IMG/VR virus record: IMGVR_UViG_3300021389_002231
Source: an uncultured virus (IMG/VR IMGVR_UViG_3300021389_002231)
Lineage: Duplodnaviria; Heunggongvirae; Uroviricota; Caudoviricetes
Length of the DNA stretch: 64,000 nucleotides
Strand: one strand, 5' to 3'
Position numbers and translations under genes: made by a program. Numbering within the stretch: the first letter of the stretch is position 1; every line of letters starts with the position of its first letter. The notes beneath the pieces are model-generated. The model saw only the letters and a program-made list of their open reading frames with translations. It was not told the DNA's origin and searched no databases. Shown here in pieces: positions 47,900 through 58,130 of the stretch.

Positions 47900-49034
47900 T
47901 ACTTACTGTAACGAACCATGGAAAACAATTCACTACGATAATGTAGGAGCAATTGGCCCTTGTTGTACATATAGAGGTAACCGAGATACAAGTTTAAAAA
48001 GTGTACAAGAATATTTAGACAGTGATTGGCTAAAAGAATTAAAACATAAAATGCTAAATGACAAGCGTGATGCAGGCTGTCATAATTGTTGGATTAAAGA
48101 AGATGCGGGTGAAGACAGTCAACGTTTACAACAAAATAGAAAAGATGGCATATTAACAGAAACAAACATACAACGAGTTTGGCTAAGTTTTGGAAACATA
48201 TGTAATAAAAATTGTAACATATGTAGACCTGCTAGAAGTAGTATAATAGCAAAAGAATATAAAAAATTAGGTAGTGATCACGAGATATATTCTATAGACT
48301 CTGATCCAGAAATAGTAGACAAACAATTTAGTGGAATATATTTGGATAAGTGGGAGAACTATATAGATGCATTAGATTCTGCACATGAAATAAATTTAGA
48401 TGGTGGTGAACCGTTCTTTACAAAACAATGTACAACTATTTTAGAAACACTAGTTAAAAAAGGATCAACGAATAAAAAACTAAAATTCTCAACAAATGGA
48501 AGTGCAACTGAGAAGCATTATGAATTATTAAAACATTTTAGACACATTGACTTTGGGCTTAGTATTGATGGCATAAGTGAATTATATAGTTTAGTAAGAA
48601 GTCCACATCAATGGAATTGGTGGGAAACGCAACATAAATTAATGGAACAACAGAGTAACTTAACTTGGACTTATCTTGCAGTAGTGCATTCGTTTAATGT
48701 ACACCAATTGCCTAAAATGATAAGATACTTTGTAGAGAATAATCCTAATACAGATGCAAGGTTTCACCTTACAACAGTTGTATCTAGGCCTTATTTAGGT
48801 TCGCATGTTGTTCCAAATTATATAACAGAAGAAACAATAAAAGAACTTGTATTATTAGAGCCGTATTTAAATAAAAAAGAAAAACTAAACATTAATAATA
48901 TTATAAACCACTTAGTGTATAGTATGGAAAACAAATCAACAACAGACGAAGAGAATTTTAAAAAATTTGTAGACATATTTGGTCCTATTAAAAAGTTAGA
49001 TTATCAAAGTTATTTGCCATGGAGTATTAAATGA
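47892..49034 (+). CDS. Radical SAM protein with N-terminal Twitch/SPASM
   Basis: YCNEPW..PCC..CHNC; CNKNCNIC; GGEPF. Confidence 0.9.
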   Translation: MSNTYCNEPWKTIHYDNVGAIGPCCTYRGNRDTSLKSVQEYLDSDWLKELKHKMLNDKRDAGCHNCWIKEDAGEDSQRLQQNRKDGILTETNIQRVWLSFGNICNKNCNICRPARSSIIAKEYKKLGSDHEIYSIDSDPEIVDKQFSGIYLDKWENYIDALDSAHEINLDGGEPFFTKQCTTILETLVKKGSTNKKLKFSTNGSATEKHYELLKHFRHIDFGLSIDGISELYSLVRSPHQWNWWETQHKLMEQQSNLTWTYLAVVHSFNVHQLPKMIRYFVENNPNTDARFHLTTVVSRPYLGSHVVPNYITEETIKELVLLEPYLNKKEKLNINNIINHLVYSMENKSTTDEENFKKFVDIFGPIKKLDYQSYLPWSIK

Positions 49035-49678
49035 TTCCAACATTAGCATTTGACTTTGCATTAACTAGTTATTGTCAATCTAGATGTAGAACTTGTCCGC
49101 GAACAAACATTGAAACTGGTGAGCCAATGGATTGGTTAGTAATAAGACATGTACCATTTTCTAAATGGAAGAAAAATACCATCGGGCTAAGTTTAGAAGA
49201 CAACATAGAATTTATTAAGTTTTGTGGACAAACTGGAGATCCTATGATGCATCCAGATATTACAAAATTTGTTAATCATGCATTTACATTTACTAACAAT
49301 ATAATGATTAGTACAAATGGTGGCTTAAGAAATACTAACTGGTACACAGAAATGGGTAACAAGTATGGTGAAGAATTAAAAATTGTATTTGCAATTGATG
49401 GAATTGATCATGACACAAATTGGAAATACAGAGAAGGTGTTGACTTTAATAAAGCATGGAATAACATGGTTGCATATTGTAATAGTCCAGGATATACACA
49501 ATGGGATTTTTTAGTGTTTGATTGGAATTGGCAACAAATACCAATAGCGGCAAAAATGGGCAAGTCAATAGGGGTAGATTGTGTAAACTTTAAAATTAAT
49601 ACACAACCATATGGATTGTTAGACCCAGCAAAGAAACCAATTGTAGAGGAAATGATATGCCAAGCAAATACAATATAA
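49031..49678 (+). CDS. Radical SAM core domain without SPASM
   Basis: CQSRCRTC, GQTGDP, STNGG, AIDG. Confidence 0.9.
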   Translation: MIPTLAFDFALTSYCQSRCRTCPRTNIETGEPMDWLVIRHVPFSKWKKNTIGLSLEDNIEFIKFCGQTGDPMMHPDITKFVNHAFTFTNNIMISTNGGLRNTNWYTEMGNKYGEELKIVFAIDGIDHDTNWKYREGVDFNKAWNNMVAYCNSPGYTQWDFLVFDWNWQQIPIAAKMGKSIGVDCVNFKINTQPYGLLDPAKKPIVEEMICQANTI

Positions 49679-49980
49679 AATGTGAAACATGGACAGACGA
49701 ACGCAAAGAGATCTTCGTAACCTCTGATAGTAAAGTATGGCCGTGTTGTAACTATACCAGTGCTGAGTTAAATCCAGATGATAGAAATAAATTAGATGAC
49801 GATGAATATGTTGCTAAGATATGTAAAGAAGATCCAGACTGGAATAACTGTGATGTTAATCCAATTAGTAAAATACTAGAACATGATTTTTTTACTAAAC
49901 ACATATCAAAAGAAAACTGGGCTAGTGATAACCCGCCAGCAATGTGTGTGACATGTTGCCATTATAAGGAAAAACAATGA
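49657..49980 (+). CDS. Stand-alone SPASM/Twitch Fe-S domain
   Basis: IKC..KVWPCC..MCVTCC; GAGGA SD. Confidence 0.75.
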   Translation: MPSKYNIKCETWTDERKEIFVTSDSKVWPCCNYTSAELNPDDRNKLDDDEYVAKICKEDPDWNNCDVNPISKILEHDFFTKHISKENWASDNPPAMCVTCCHYKEKQ

Positions 49981-50540
49981 ATATAATTTGTACAGGAAAC
50001 CCAGAATTTGGTATAGCAAGTGCTATAGCAGAACGCTGGCCAGAAACTACATTTGTTAGTAGAACAGATTGGGGCTACGATTTAACTGAAAATGGCTATA
50101 AAATCAAGTTAGCAGAAAAGGCTCTTAATTATGACGTCTTTATTAACTGTAGTGCATTATGGCAGTACCATCAAACTTTGCTACTAGATGTAGTCTATAA
50201 AACCGCCTTAAAGAACCTTAAACGACTGCATATAGTGTCGTTAGGTAGTACAACAGACAGAGCTACCAAAGGATCTGATTGGCATTATCAACAAGAAAAG
50301 AAGGCTTTGCGTAGTACAAGCAATGCATTGGGTTTAAAAAGCATTTGGGCAGGTGGACCTAAAGTAAGTTATGTTACATTTGGCACATTAGAAAACAATG
50401 CACACAAGCACCCAGGTAGAGCAGTAATGCAGTTAAATGATGCAGTAGACATGATTGAATATGTAATTAACATGCCATATCATTTAAATGTAAATGAACT
50501 AAGCATAGACCCTATACAAACGGATTGGCCAAATGAGTAA
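49977..50540 (+). CDS. Short-chain dehydrogenase-like protein
   Basis: TGNPEFGIA, DVFINCS, SLGS, YQQEK (YxxxK). Confidence 0.7.
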   Translation: MNIICTGNPEFGIASAIAERWPETTFVSRTDWGYDLTENGYKIKLAEKALNYDVFINCSALWQYHQTLLLDVVYKTALKNLKRLHIVSLGSTTDRATKGSDWHYQQEKKALRSTSNALGLKSIWAGGPKVSYVTFGTLENNAHKHPGRAVMQLNDAVDMIEYVINMPYHLNVNELSIDPIQTDWPNE

Positions 50541-51687
50541 ATTTTGCTACATGCCTTGGAATGCAATTACACTAAGTGCTAATGGAGACATTAAACCTTG
50601 TTGTCAATTCAGCAACAAAGGGCGTATGCCTAATACTGAACATGACACTATTATGGAAAACTTTAATAGTGAGCGTATGCAAGACTTACGCAAAGACTTT
50701 TTAAAAGGTGTACAACCTAGTGCTTGCAATAGTTGTTGGGAACGAGAAGATTTAGTAGGACAAAGTAGACGCTTATGGTTTAACAAAAAGTTCCTTAATA
50801 ATGAACCTAGACCAACTACATATGATGTTCCTAATCCAAAGTTTTATCAAGCAGATATTAACTTATCAAATGTATGTAATTTAAAGTGTCGTATGTGTGG
50901 AAGTTGGGCAAGTAACAGTTGGTTTGAAGAAGAACTAGCACTTGCTAAAATAGACAAACGCTATGAGAAAAATAGTAATCCTATCCCATTACAACAATAT
51001 GGATTAGAAGATTTACGCAATATGCTACCGCATCTAAAAGATGTAAAACGCATAGACTTTAAAGGTGGAGAGCCCATGATGGCAAAACATCATAATCAAT
51101 TCCTACAATGGCTTATTGAAGAAGATATGACTGATGTAGAATTATTTTATACAACAAATGGTACAGTTGTTAATCCTAAAATATTAAACTTGCTAAAACA
51201 GTTTAAACGTGTTAGTATATGTTTTAGTATAGAAGGCACAGGAGAATTATACAGTTATATAAGAGGTGGGAAATATACATTAGAAGATTTTGAAAAAACA
51301 CTAGCAATGTACAGTGAATTAGAAAATGTAAAAATTATGTTCAATGTAACACTACAAAATTATAATGTTTTCAACTTACCAGATTTGCATTTCTTCCTAC
51401 ACGAAATGGAAGATAAATATAGTAGAGTAAGTGCAAATAGTAGTTTCACTACTATCTGTAACAAACCAGCATATTTAAGTCCAATGAACTTGCCAGATGA
51501 TTTGCGAGATAAAGCAATTGAAAAGTTATCTCTATTTGATGATTTTGACAAACTAGTAGAGAGTATGAAAACAAGAACATTTAACCCAGAGCTATGGGAA
51601 ACATTTATTAACTTTACAAATGACTTGGATAAAATGCGAGGAGATAGTGTAGTGCAAGCAGTGCCTCAACTAAAGGAACATTTTTAA
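50533..51687 (+). CDS. Radical SAM protein with N-terminal Twitch/SPASM
   Basis: FCYMPW..PCC..CNSC; CNLKCRMC; GGEP. Confidence 0.92.
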   Translation: MSKFCYMPWNAITLSANGDIKPCCQFSNKGRMPNTEHDTIMENFNSERMQDLRKDFLKGVQPSACNSCWEREDLVGQSRRLWFNKKFLNNEPRPTTYDVPNPKFYQADINLSNVCNLKCRMCGSWASNSWFEEELALAKIDKRYEKNSNPIPLQQYGLEDLRNMLPHLKDVKRIDFKGGEPMMAKHHNQFLQWLIEEDMTDVELFYTTNGTVVNPKILNLLKQFKRVSICFSIEGTGELYSYIRGGKYTLEDFEKTLAMYSELENVKIMFNVTLQNYNVFNLPDLHFFLHEMEDKYSRVSANSSFTTICNKPAYLSPMNLPDDLRDKAIEKLSLFDDFDKLVESMKTRTFNPELWETFINFTNDLDKMRGDSVVQAVPQLKEHF

Positions 51688-52403
51688 TGCTAGTAGGTAT
51701 AGAAGATAACCACGCACCAAAGGACGAGCTACTTAGAGTAGAATGGAACTTGGGTAAGCGTTGCAACTATAACTGTAGTTATTGTGGGAATGAATTACAC
51801 AATAAAACCAGCGATCATATGAGTTGGGAAGTGTATACTGCTACAATAGATAAAATTGTAGAAGCGTCTAATGGTAAGAAAATTAAAATTAGTTTTACAG
51901 GTGGAGAGCCATTTGTGCATCCGCAGTTTGTTGATATGTTAAAGTACGCGAAAGAAAATGGTGTGTATAGGTGTAGTGTAACAACTAACGGAAGTCCTCC
52001 ACCTAAGATATATAAAAAAGCATTACCATATTTGCATTATGTCGTTATCAGTTATCATTTTGAATTTGCATACCATGAGAAAGTAATTAATAACATCACA
52101 GGTATGTGGGCAGATATACAAGAATACAGAGACAAAGATGACTACAAAGGAATGCATGTACACATTATGGCATTACCTGGTCATATGGATAAATGGAAAG
52201 AAATTATAGATGAACTAAAAGATTGTGGCGTTGAGTATACTATAAGAAAAATTAGACCACGTGTTAACATAGATCGCACAGGTTGGAATAAACCATATGC
52301 TGATGGTATGTTAGGACAACATCCTAAACATGAAGAAACAGAAAAGTTTGCCGGTCAATATTACAGTGCTGAAGAAGAGGAGTGGTTAAGTAACAATGTT
52401 TAG
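51687..52403 (+). CDS. Radical SAM core domain without SPASM
   Basis: WNLGKRCNYNCSYC, TGGEP, TTNG; paralog of the 55310 N-terminal part. Confidence 0.9.
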   Translation: MLVGIEDNHAPKDELLRVEWNLGKRCNYNCSYCGNELHNKTSDHMSWEVYTATIDKIVEASNGKKIKISFTGGEPFVHPQFVDMLKYAKENGVYRCSVTTNGSPPPKIYKKALPYLHYVVISYHFEFAYHEKVINNITGMWADIQEYRDKDDYKGMHVHIMALPGHMDKWKEIIDELKDCGVEYTIRKIRPRVNIDRTGWNKPYADGMLGQHPKHEETEKFAGQYYSAEEEEWLSNNV

Positions 52404-53667
52404 TAAAAAACAAAGAAAAGACTGGGTAAGTAAGCCAGGAAACAATTTTTGTGCAATGCCATTTGGGCATATGGCAATTGAAGCTAACGGAGATATACGT
52501 CCATGTTGTATGGGTGATAAATTTAAAAATGATGATGGAACGTTTCTTAACATTAGAGGCAAAACAATACAAGAAGTTTATAACGATCCTATAAGACAAG
52601 ATTTTATAGAAAGTTTTAGACAAAACAAGCAACACAAGTTATGTAGAATCTGTTGGGAAGATCCAGAACCACGAAAACATTTCTCATCTGCAGATGAATC
52701 TCAGAGTATAACAGAACAAGCAATGAATGGAAATATACCCAGCACTGAATTAAAATGGTTAGAAATTAAACCAGGAAATAGATGTAATTTAAAATGTAGA
52801 ATATGCGGAACATATAATAGTAGTAGTTGGGCAAAAGATGAACATAAGATGGATGAACCAAATGTTCCATATAAAAAAAGTGAGGCATTTACATATACAC
52901 AATCATGTGACTGGATAGAAGATAAAGATTTTTGGCATGATATAAGAGAATTAGAGTCAGTAGAGTATATACATTTTATGGGCGGCGAGCCTTTTATGGT
53001 TCCTGAACACTTTCAGTTATTAGAACGATTAGTAGAAGACCCAACTATTGATACTAGTAATATTACAATAGGATACAACACAAACGGTACATACTTTCCT
53101 ACAGAAGAAAATATTAACTTATATAAAAAATTTAAAGAGGTTAGATTTGCGTTAAGCATTGATGACATTGGTGCTAGATTTGAATATCAACGTAAACTAG
53201 CTAAATGGGAAGAAGTAAGATCAAATATTATTAATTTTGTAAAATTATGCAAAGAACAAACCTATCATGGAGACCATGGTTATTACGATGAACAGTTTTT
53301 ATATACTATGGATGTTACTGTAAGTGCTTTAAACATATTTTCATTAGATGAAATATATGAAGAATTTTTAAAACTTGGATGTACTATTGCAGAGGACCAT
53401 GAACATTATGTATACACTGGGCCTTACGCAATTCATCAAATGCCACCTTATATAAAAAATATTATACTAGAGAAATATAAAGACACTAATATATCGTGGA
53501 TAGCAAAAGCTATGAAATACATGATAAGCCAGGAGCCCAAAGAAAGCAAATGGGAGTTTCCCAATTATAATATTACATTAGATAATATACGTAAAGAAAA
53601 CTTTAAAACTACATTTCCGGAATGGTATGAAGTAATAAAGACATACTGGAAAAGAAAACATGAGTAA
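52396..53667 (+). CDS. Radical SAM protein with N-terminal Twitch/SPASM
   Basis: FCAMPF..PCC..CRIC; CNLKCRIC; GGEPF. Confidence 0.92.
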   Translation: MFSKKQRKDWVSKPGNNFCAMPFGHMAIEANGDIRPCCMGDKFKNDDGTFLNIRGKTIQEVYNDPIRQDFIESFRQNKQHKLCRICWEDPEPRKHFSSADESQSITEQAMNGNIPSTELKWLEIKPGNRCNLKCRICGTYNSSSWAKDEHKMDEPNVPYKKSEAFTYTQSCDWIEDKDFWHDIRELESVEYIHFMGGEPFMVPEHFQLLERLVEDPTIDTSNITIGYNTNGTYFPTEENINLYKKFKEVRFALSIDDIGARFEYQRKLAKWEEVRSNIINFVKLCKEQTYHGDHGYYDEQFLYTMDVTVSALNIFSLDEIYEEFLKLGCTIAEDHEHYVYTGPYAIHQMPPYIKNIILEKYKDTNISWIAKAMKYMISQEPKESKWEFPNYNITLDNIRKENFKTTFPEWYEVIKTYWKRKHE

Positions 53668-53986
53668 TTTTAAAAACATTATTGTACACTATGAAGATGG
53701 TACAAGCGAAGAAGATAACGTAAACAGTGTTATGGCACGTGATGAAAATGACTTCCGTGGTTGGGAATGTTGGGCTGGTGTACAAAATATTACTATCAGT
53801 AATACAGGTGATGTGTTTAGAGCTATATGTAAAGTAGGTGGTAAACTAGGAAACATTTATGATGGATTTGAAATGCCAAAAGAAACTATTATATGTAATA
53901 AGCCTAGATGTGTATGTGCGGCAGATGTTCAACTATCAAAAGCATTACCGGAACATGTTCACAAGTTGAGGGTAGGCAATGAATAA
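53660..53986 (+). CDS. Stand-alone SPASM-like Fe-S domain
   Basis: FRGWECWAG..C..LGNI..C...CVC.AD; matches the C-terminus of 55310-56479. Confidence 0.8.
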   Translation: MSNFKNIIVHYEDGTSEEDNVNSVMARDENDFRGWECWAGVQNITISNTGDVFRAICKVGGKLGNIYDGFEMPKETIICNKPRCVCAADVQLSKALPEHVHKLRVGNE

Positions 53987-55310
53987 AAAAGAATACTGGA
54001 AAAATACTGATAAAAATAAGTATGAAACGTTCTATGATCATGCAGTAAATAAATTAAAAGGACTAGACGTGAAGACTGATACCTTTTGTCCTTTACCGTT
54101 TACACATATAAGCACTATGCCACATGGCGAGATAAAATTATGTTGTAGAGCTCAGCCACCTCAACACAAAGGTAATCCTAATATTAAAGACAAAGACTTT
54201 AATCTCAAAAAATACTGGCAAAGTGAAGCTATGAATGAAGTGCGTGACGATTTAATTCTTGGAAATAAAAACTTTCAATGTAAAAATTGTTGGAAAATGG
54301 AAGATAATGAAATTGTCAGTTTACGTATGAATAGACTTATGGATTTAATGGATAAAGAAGTTTACAGAGAAAATATAGAATATTATTTAAGACACAGAGA
54401 GATTGAATTTAAAATACCGTTAATTGAGCTTAAACTAAGTAACGTATGCAACTTTAAATGTAGAATGTGTTGGCCAAAGGATAGTTCAAAGTGGGTGCAA
54501 GATTGGGATAAAGTAAAAGAGTTTTATAGTGCAGGCGATCAACGTTATATAGAAGAAATAGTAGACAGCAATAATCTACGTAAAACTCGTGTAATGAATT
54601 TATATGAAAAAGACGAAGAATTTGTAGGGAATCTAATTGAGCTTATGGAACACGTAGAAGAACTTGAATTTGCAGGAGGCGAGCCTCTTATGGATCCAAT
54701 TCATTATCGTGTATTAGACAGTATTCCGCACCCAGAAAATGTTACATTAAAATATAGTACAAATTTAAGTATTATGAAGATGGGCAAACACAACGTTATA
54801 GACTTATGGAAGAAATTTAAAAATATTAAACTAACTATTAGTATAGATGGACACCGAGAACTTAACCATATGATTCGTAGAGGATCTGATTGGAATCTAC
54901 TAAAAAGTAATATTGAACTAGTTAAGAACGAACTTGATAACCTAGACGTTATTAAAGGAACTACATGTATAAGTGGACTAAATGCACAAGAATTAGGCGA
55001 AACAGTCGAAGCAATTGTGTTTGAACTAGGCATACACTGGCATACTAGCCGTGTACAATGGCCTGATTTCCTACATGCAAATGTACTAAGCCCTGAACAA
55101 CTACAAACAGGAATAGACGGCTTAAAACGGGTATTTGATAGCTTAAACACGCCAGAAAGATGGCATACTGATAGACGCTTTATGCTAGAGACACATATAA
55201 AAGGTGCTATTAGTTGGTTACAATCAGCAATAGATGATAACAGGCATGAAGAAAAATATGAAGCATTTAGTAAGTTTAATGAAACAATAACAGATATGGA
55301 TAAAGAATAA
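53979..55310 (+). CDS. Radical SAM protein with N-terminal Twitch/SPASM
   Basis: FCPLPF..LCC..CKNC; CNFKCRMC; AGGEP. Confidence 0.92.
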   Translation: MNKKEYWKNTDKNKYETFYDHAVNKLKGLDVKTDTFCPLPFTHISTMPHGEIKLCCRAQPPQHKGNPNIKDKDFNLKKYWQSEAMNEVRDDLILGNKNFQCKNCWKMEDNEIVSLRMNRLMDLMDKEVYRENIEYYLRHREIEFKIPLIELKLSNVCNFKCRMCWPKDSSKWVQDWDKVKEFYSAGDQRYIEEIVDSNNLRKTRVMNLYEKDEEFVGNLIELMEHVEELEFAGGEPLMDPIHYRVLDSIPHPENVTLKYSTNLSIMKMGKHNVIDLWKKFKNIKLTISIDGHRELNHMIRRGSDWNLLKSNIELVKNELDNLDVIKGTTCISGLNAQELGETVEAIVFELGIHWHTSRVQWPDFLHANVLSPEQLQTGIDGLKRVFDSLNTPERWHTDRRFMLETHIKGAISWLQSAIDDNRHEEKYEAFSKFNETITDMDKE

Positions 55311-56479
55311 TGAGTGATAAAGATTTAAAATGGAGTGAATACGACTTTACAAAAACACCGTATGATGATATAGTACGTGTAGGTCAACGTAATATGTTAT
55401 ACAGAGATATGTTTACAGTAAGTTGGTTGCTAGGCCGCTTTTGTAACTACAATTGTAGTTATTGTTGGCCCTATGCTAGAAGTAATAGAAAAGATCACAG
55501 ACCCACAGAACTTAATTTAAAAACCATTGACGAGATTAAGCGTCAAGCACGTGAGCGTGGATTTAATAGTTTTCACTTTAGTTTAAGTGGAGGTGAGCCT
55601 ACATTTCATCCAGGTTATTTGGATATGCTAAAACATCTAAGTGATGACTGTCATAACACTAACTATACAAGTGTACATATGACAAGTAACTGTAGTCGTA
55701 ATATGAAATGGTTTAAAACTTATGTGGACTATGCTAGTAAGTTTCATAGAGCCAGTATTACTTGTAGTTTACATGTTGAGCATGTTGACACAGTTGAGAA
55801 GATGCAGGACCTTGCAGACAAACTTATACTATGCCAAGAACATGATGTACAAGTAACTATTAACATGGTTATGGTTCCTGAAGTATTTGATCAATATTAT
55901 GATAATGCATTATTTTTCCATAATCAAGGAATTAATGTTACACTTAAACCTCAATCAGATCCAACTGCAAGTAGAGTAGTTGATGGTTATACAGAGGAGA
56001 TGAAAAAGAAATTACACAATGGTATGCCACAACGTGGATACACAGAAGCAAAAGCCCAACAAAAGAAATTAGTTAAAAGACCTCAACCAACATTCCAAAT
56101 AGATGTAGAAGATGAATATAGAAAACAAACTGCTTCTGTTCCTTGGCATATGCAAGTAGAATTTAGAGATAGCAAAGGTGACCCATGGTACATGGACCAA
56201 GCAGAACGCTTTAACGCATTTGACTTTAATAAGTTTAAAGGTTGGGAATGTAGTAGTGGATATCGTAGCATAATTATACGTGAACCAGATGGCAGTGTTA
56301 AGCGTTCTTATAGTTGTGTAGATCAACCTCTAGGTAATATTGAAACAGGATTTAAATTATTTGATGGTCCTGAAATATGTACAACAGGTGCGTGTGTCAG
56401 TAGTGCTGATAGTAAAATTCCAAAACGTGCACCGGGAACAAAGATGCCATTATTTCCAGGTGACAAAACTTTTAAATAA
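55310..56479 (+). CDS. Radical SAM protein with fused C-terminal SPASM-like domain
   Basis: CNYNCSYC, SGGEP; FKGWECSSG..LGNI..C...C. Confidence 0.92.
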   Translation: MSDKDLKWSEYDFTKTPYDDIVRVGQRNMLYRDMFTVSWLLGRFCNYNCSYCWPYARSNRKDHRPTELNLKTIDEIKRQARERGFNSFHFSLSGGEPTFHPGYLDMLKHLSDDCHNTNYTSVHMTSNCSRNMKWFKTYVDYASKFHRASITCSLHVEHVDTVEKMQDLADKLILCQEHDVQVTINMVMVPEVFDQYYDNALFFHNQGINVTLKPQSDPTASRVVDGYTEEMKKKLHNGMPQRGYTEAKAQQKKLVKRPQPTFQIDVEDEYRKQTASVPWHMQVEFRDSKGDPWYMDQAERFNAFDFNKFKGWECSSGYRSIIIREPDGSVKRSYSCVDQPLGNIETGFKLFDGPEICTTGACVSSADSKIPKRAPGTKMPLFPGDKTFK

Positions 56480-56697
56480 TGGGAATAATACGAAGACCTA
56501 ATACTGTTAAAAAGGTTTTTACTTGGTGGCCAAAACGTATGAGTAGTGGTAATCTAGTTATTGGATATTACTACGAAATGACAATATTTAAATATGGTGC
56601 TGACCCTAGACATGCTTTATGGATTCAAAAAAAATACTCCCAAAAGGAGTATTTCTTATTAAAACTACAAGGTGTTAAAGAGTTTACATTAAATTAA
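56479..56697 (+). CDS. Hypothetical basic protein
   Basis: TAATG-coupled ORF. Confidence 0.6.
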   Translation: MGIIRRPNTVKKVFTWWPKRMSSGNLVIGYYYEMTIFKYGADPRHALWIQKKYSQKEYFLLKLQGVKEFTLN

Positions 56698-57143
56698 ATT
56701 TGTGTCCACGCCTTATCAGCCCATCCATACTGTTGAGCCCATCGCACAAACAAACCAACTTCTCTACCGTTAGCTTCAATCTCCCAAGGCAAATCCCAAT
56801 AATCAGTTGAGTCAGGAATATATTTTCCTTTCCATTTATAGTACACTTCTTTGTACTGCCAGTCATTCATTTCACGTCTAGCATATTGTTTAACATGTAC
56901 CATTTCATGTGCAACTGTTTCTAACATCTTACGCAATGGCAATCTGCTATCCACTTCAATTTCAAAATCTCTATTTGACTCACGCAAACAATAGCCTTCA
57001 GCATCGTCTTTAATACGAGTAAGTTTAACTTCAATATTAAGAGTCTGCATACGAGGCATAAGGTTCTTAATACAAAACTCTACCATTGTGCGTATTTTGT
57101 CTTGTTGGCTTTTCTTACCGCCTACTATTTCAATATAATTCAT
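56694..57143 (-). CDS. Zn-metallopeptidase-like protein
   Basis: HEMVH and PWEIEA. Confidence 0.75.
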   Translation of the reverse strand: MNYIEIVGGKKSQQDKIRTMVEFCIKNLMPRMQTLNIEVKLTRIKDDAEGYCLRESNRDFEIEVDSRLPLRKMLETVAHEMVHVKQYARREMNDWQYKEVYYKWKGKYIPDSTDYWDLPWEIEANGREVGLFVRWAQQYGWADKAWTQI

Positions 57144-57146
57144 TAA

Positions 57147-57383
57147 TTATTGTCCCAAATAATCTGCTTTCAACACTTCCAATCGATCTGCGGCTTGATT
57201 CAATTCAAACTGATCAGCCATGTCATTAAACCAGCTATAAAAGTTTTCACCAATAGCATCAGCAATACCATCTAAATTAAGATCTGCGTCAACATAATTC
57301 CAAATAACTTCGTTATTCTCATCAATGTTTTCTGGGTTTGTTGCGGCTTTTTCAAATGCTTTGATAAATTTTGCGTCTAACAT
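57147..57383 (-). CDS. Acidic hypothetical early protein
   Basis: AAGGAG SD, directly after an early promoter. Confidence 0.8.
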   Translation of the reverse strand: MLDAKFIKAFEKAATNPENIDENNEVIWNYVDADLNLDGIADAIGENFYSWFNDMADQFELNQAADRLEVLKADYLGQ

Positions 57384-57414
57384 ACAGTTCTCCTTTTGCG
57401 TTGTTTATGTATAT

Positions 57415-57443
57415 ATTATAACAAGATTTCTTGGTATTGTCAA
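57415..57443 (-). promoter_or_regulatory. Sigma70-type promoter with spacer palindrome
   Basis: TTGACA-17 nt-TATAAT on minus strand; CAAGA-aa-TCTTG. Confidence 0.85.
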
Positions 57444-57456
57444 CCTTTAAGGTCAT

Positions 57457-57483
57457 AAAAAAACCCTTGAAAAACAAGGGTTT
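57457..57483 (-). terminator. Rho-independent terminator
   Basis: AAACCCTTG-ttttt-CAAGGGTTTTTTT on minus strand. Confidence 0.8.
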
Positions 57484-57512
57484 GTAAAATAATTTAAATT
57501 AATTTTGTTTTA

Positions 57513-58130
57513 TTATGGTCCGCATCCAAAGTGTGTGTCACATTCTGGAAGATAATCTTCATTATTAGCGATATTACTGCTAATTGGACTATAATCTCTA
57601 ACAGTATCATCACCAACATCTTGATTATGTATTTCGTTGATTAAATTCCCATCAACTCCCATATCTCTAAGTACTGGTTTCTTTGTAGGCAATGGACTTC
57701 TTTCTATTTCATCAAAACGAATATCTTCGCTTCTACTCATATCGTTTTTGCCTTTTTCTGTTTCTTTAAATTCGCCAGTAATTGGTCTACCGACTTCTGC
57801 TTGTTGTTGTAATTTTTTCATTTCTTCTGCATTCTTTTTAGTATATGTAATTCTATGATAAACAGGTTTTGTTTCTCCCATTGGTCTAACTAAAAAGTAT
57901 ATGTTAGGCTTTTGTATTTCTACCCAAATAACTTCTACTTGTCCATCAGGCATATCGTCAATTGGTGTTCCTTGTAATGCAAATATTGTATAACCTGTAA
58001 ATATACTTGCAATAAGTGCCAGTGGAATTAAGAAGAAAGTTAATATATTATTTTTACCTAATTGTATTAATGAATAAACTGTAAGCACTGATAATGCAAA
58101 CACTAATCCTATTGACATATAAATTATCAT
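57513..58130 (-). CDS. 2-TM membrane protein, third gene of the ExbB-like operon
   Basis: Two N-terminal TM helices followed by a soluble domain. Confidence 0.75.
   Translation of the reverse strand: MIIYMSIGLVFALSVLTVYSLIQLGKNNILTFFLIPLALIASIFTGYTIFALQGTPIDDMPDGQVEVIWVEIQKPNIYFLVRPMGETKPVYHRITYTKKNAEEMKKLQQQAEVGRPITGEFKETEKGKNDMSRSEDIRFDEIERSPLPTKKPVLRDMGVDGNLINEIHNQDVGDDTVRDYSPISSNIANNEDYLPECDTHFGCGP

Noticed and set aside
52396..53667. Self-splicing intron carrying the intervening gene
   Set aside because: No non-coding flanks for a ribozyme core, and excision at the start codon does not restore a single frame
28732..56697. RiPP precursor peptide for the radical SAM/SPASM enzymes
   Set aside because: No short Cys-, Ser- or repeat-rich precursor and no PqqD/RRE domain recognised; the small ORFs look globular. 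A precursor could lie outside the window
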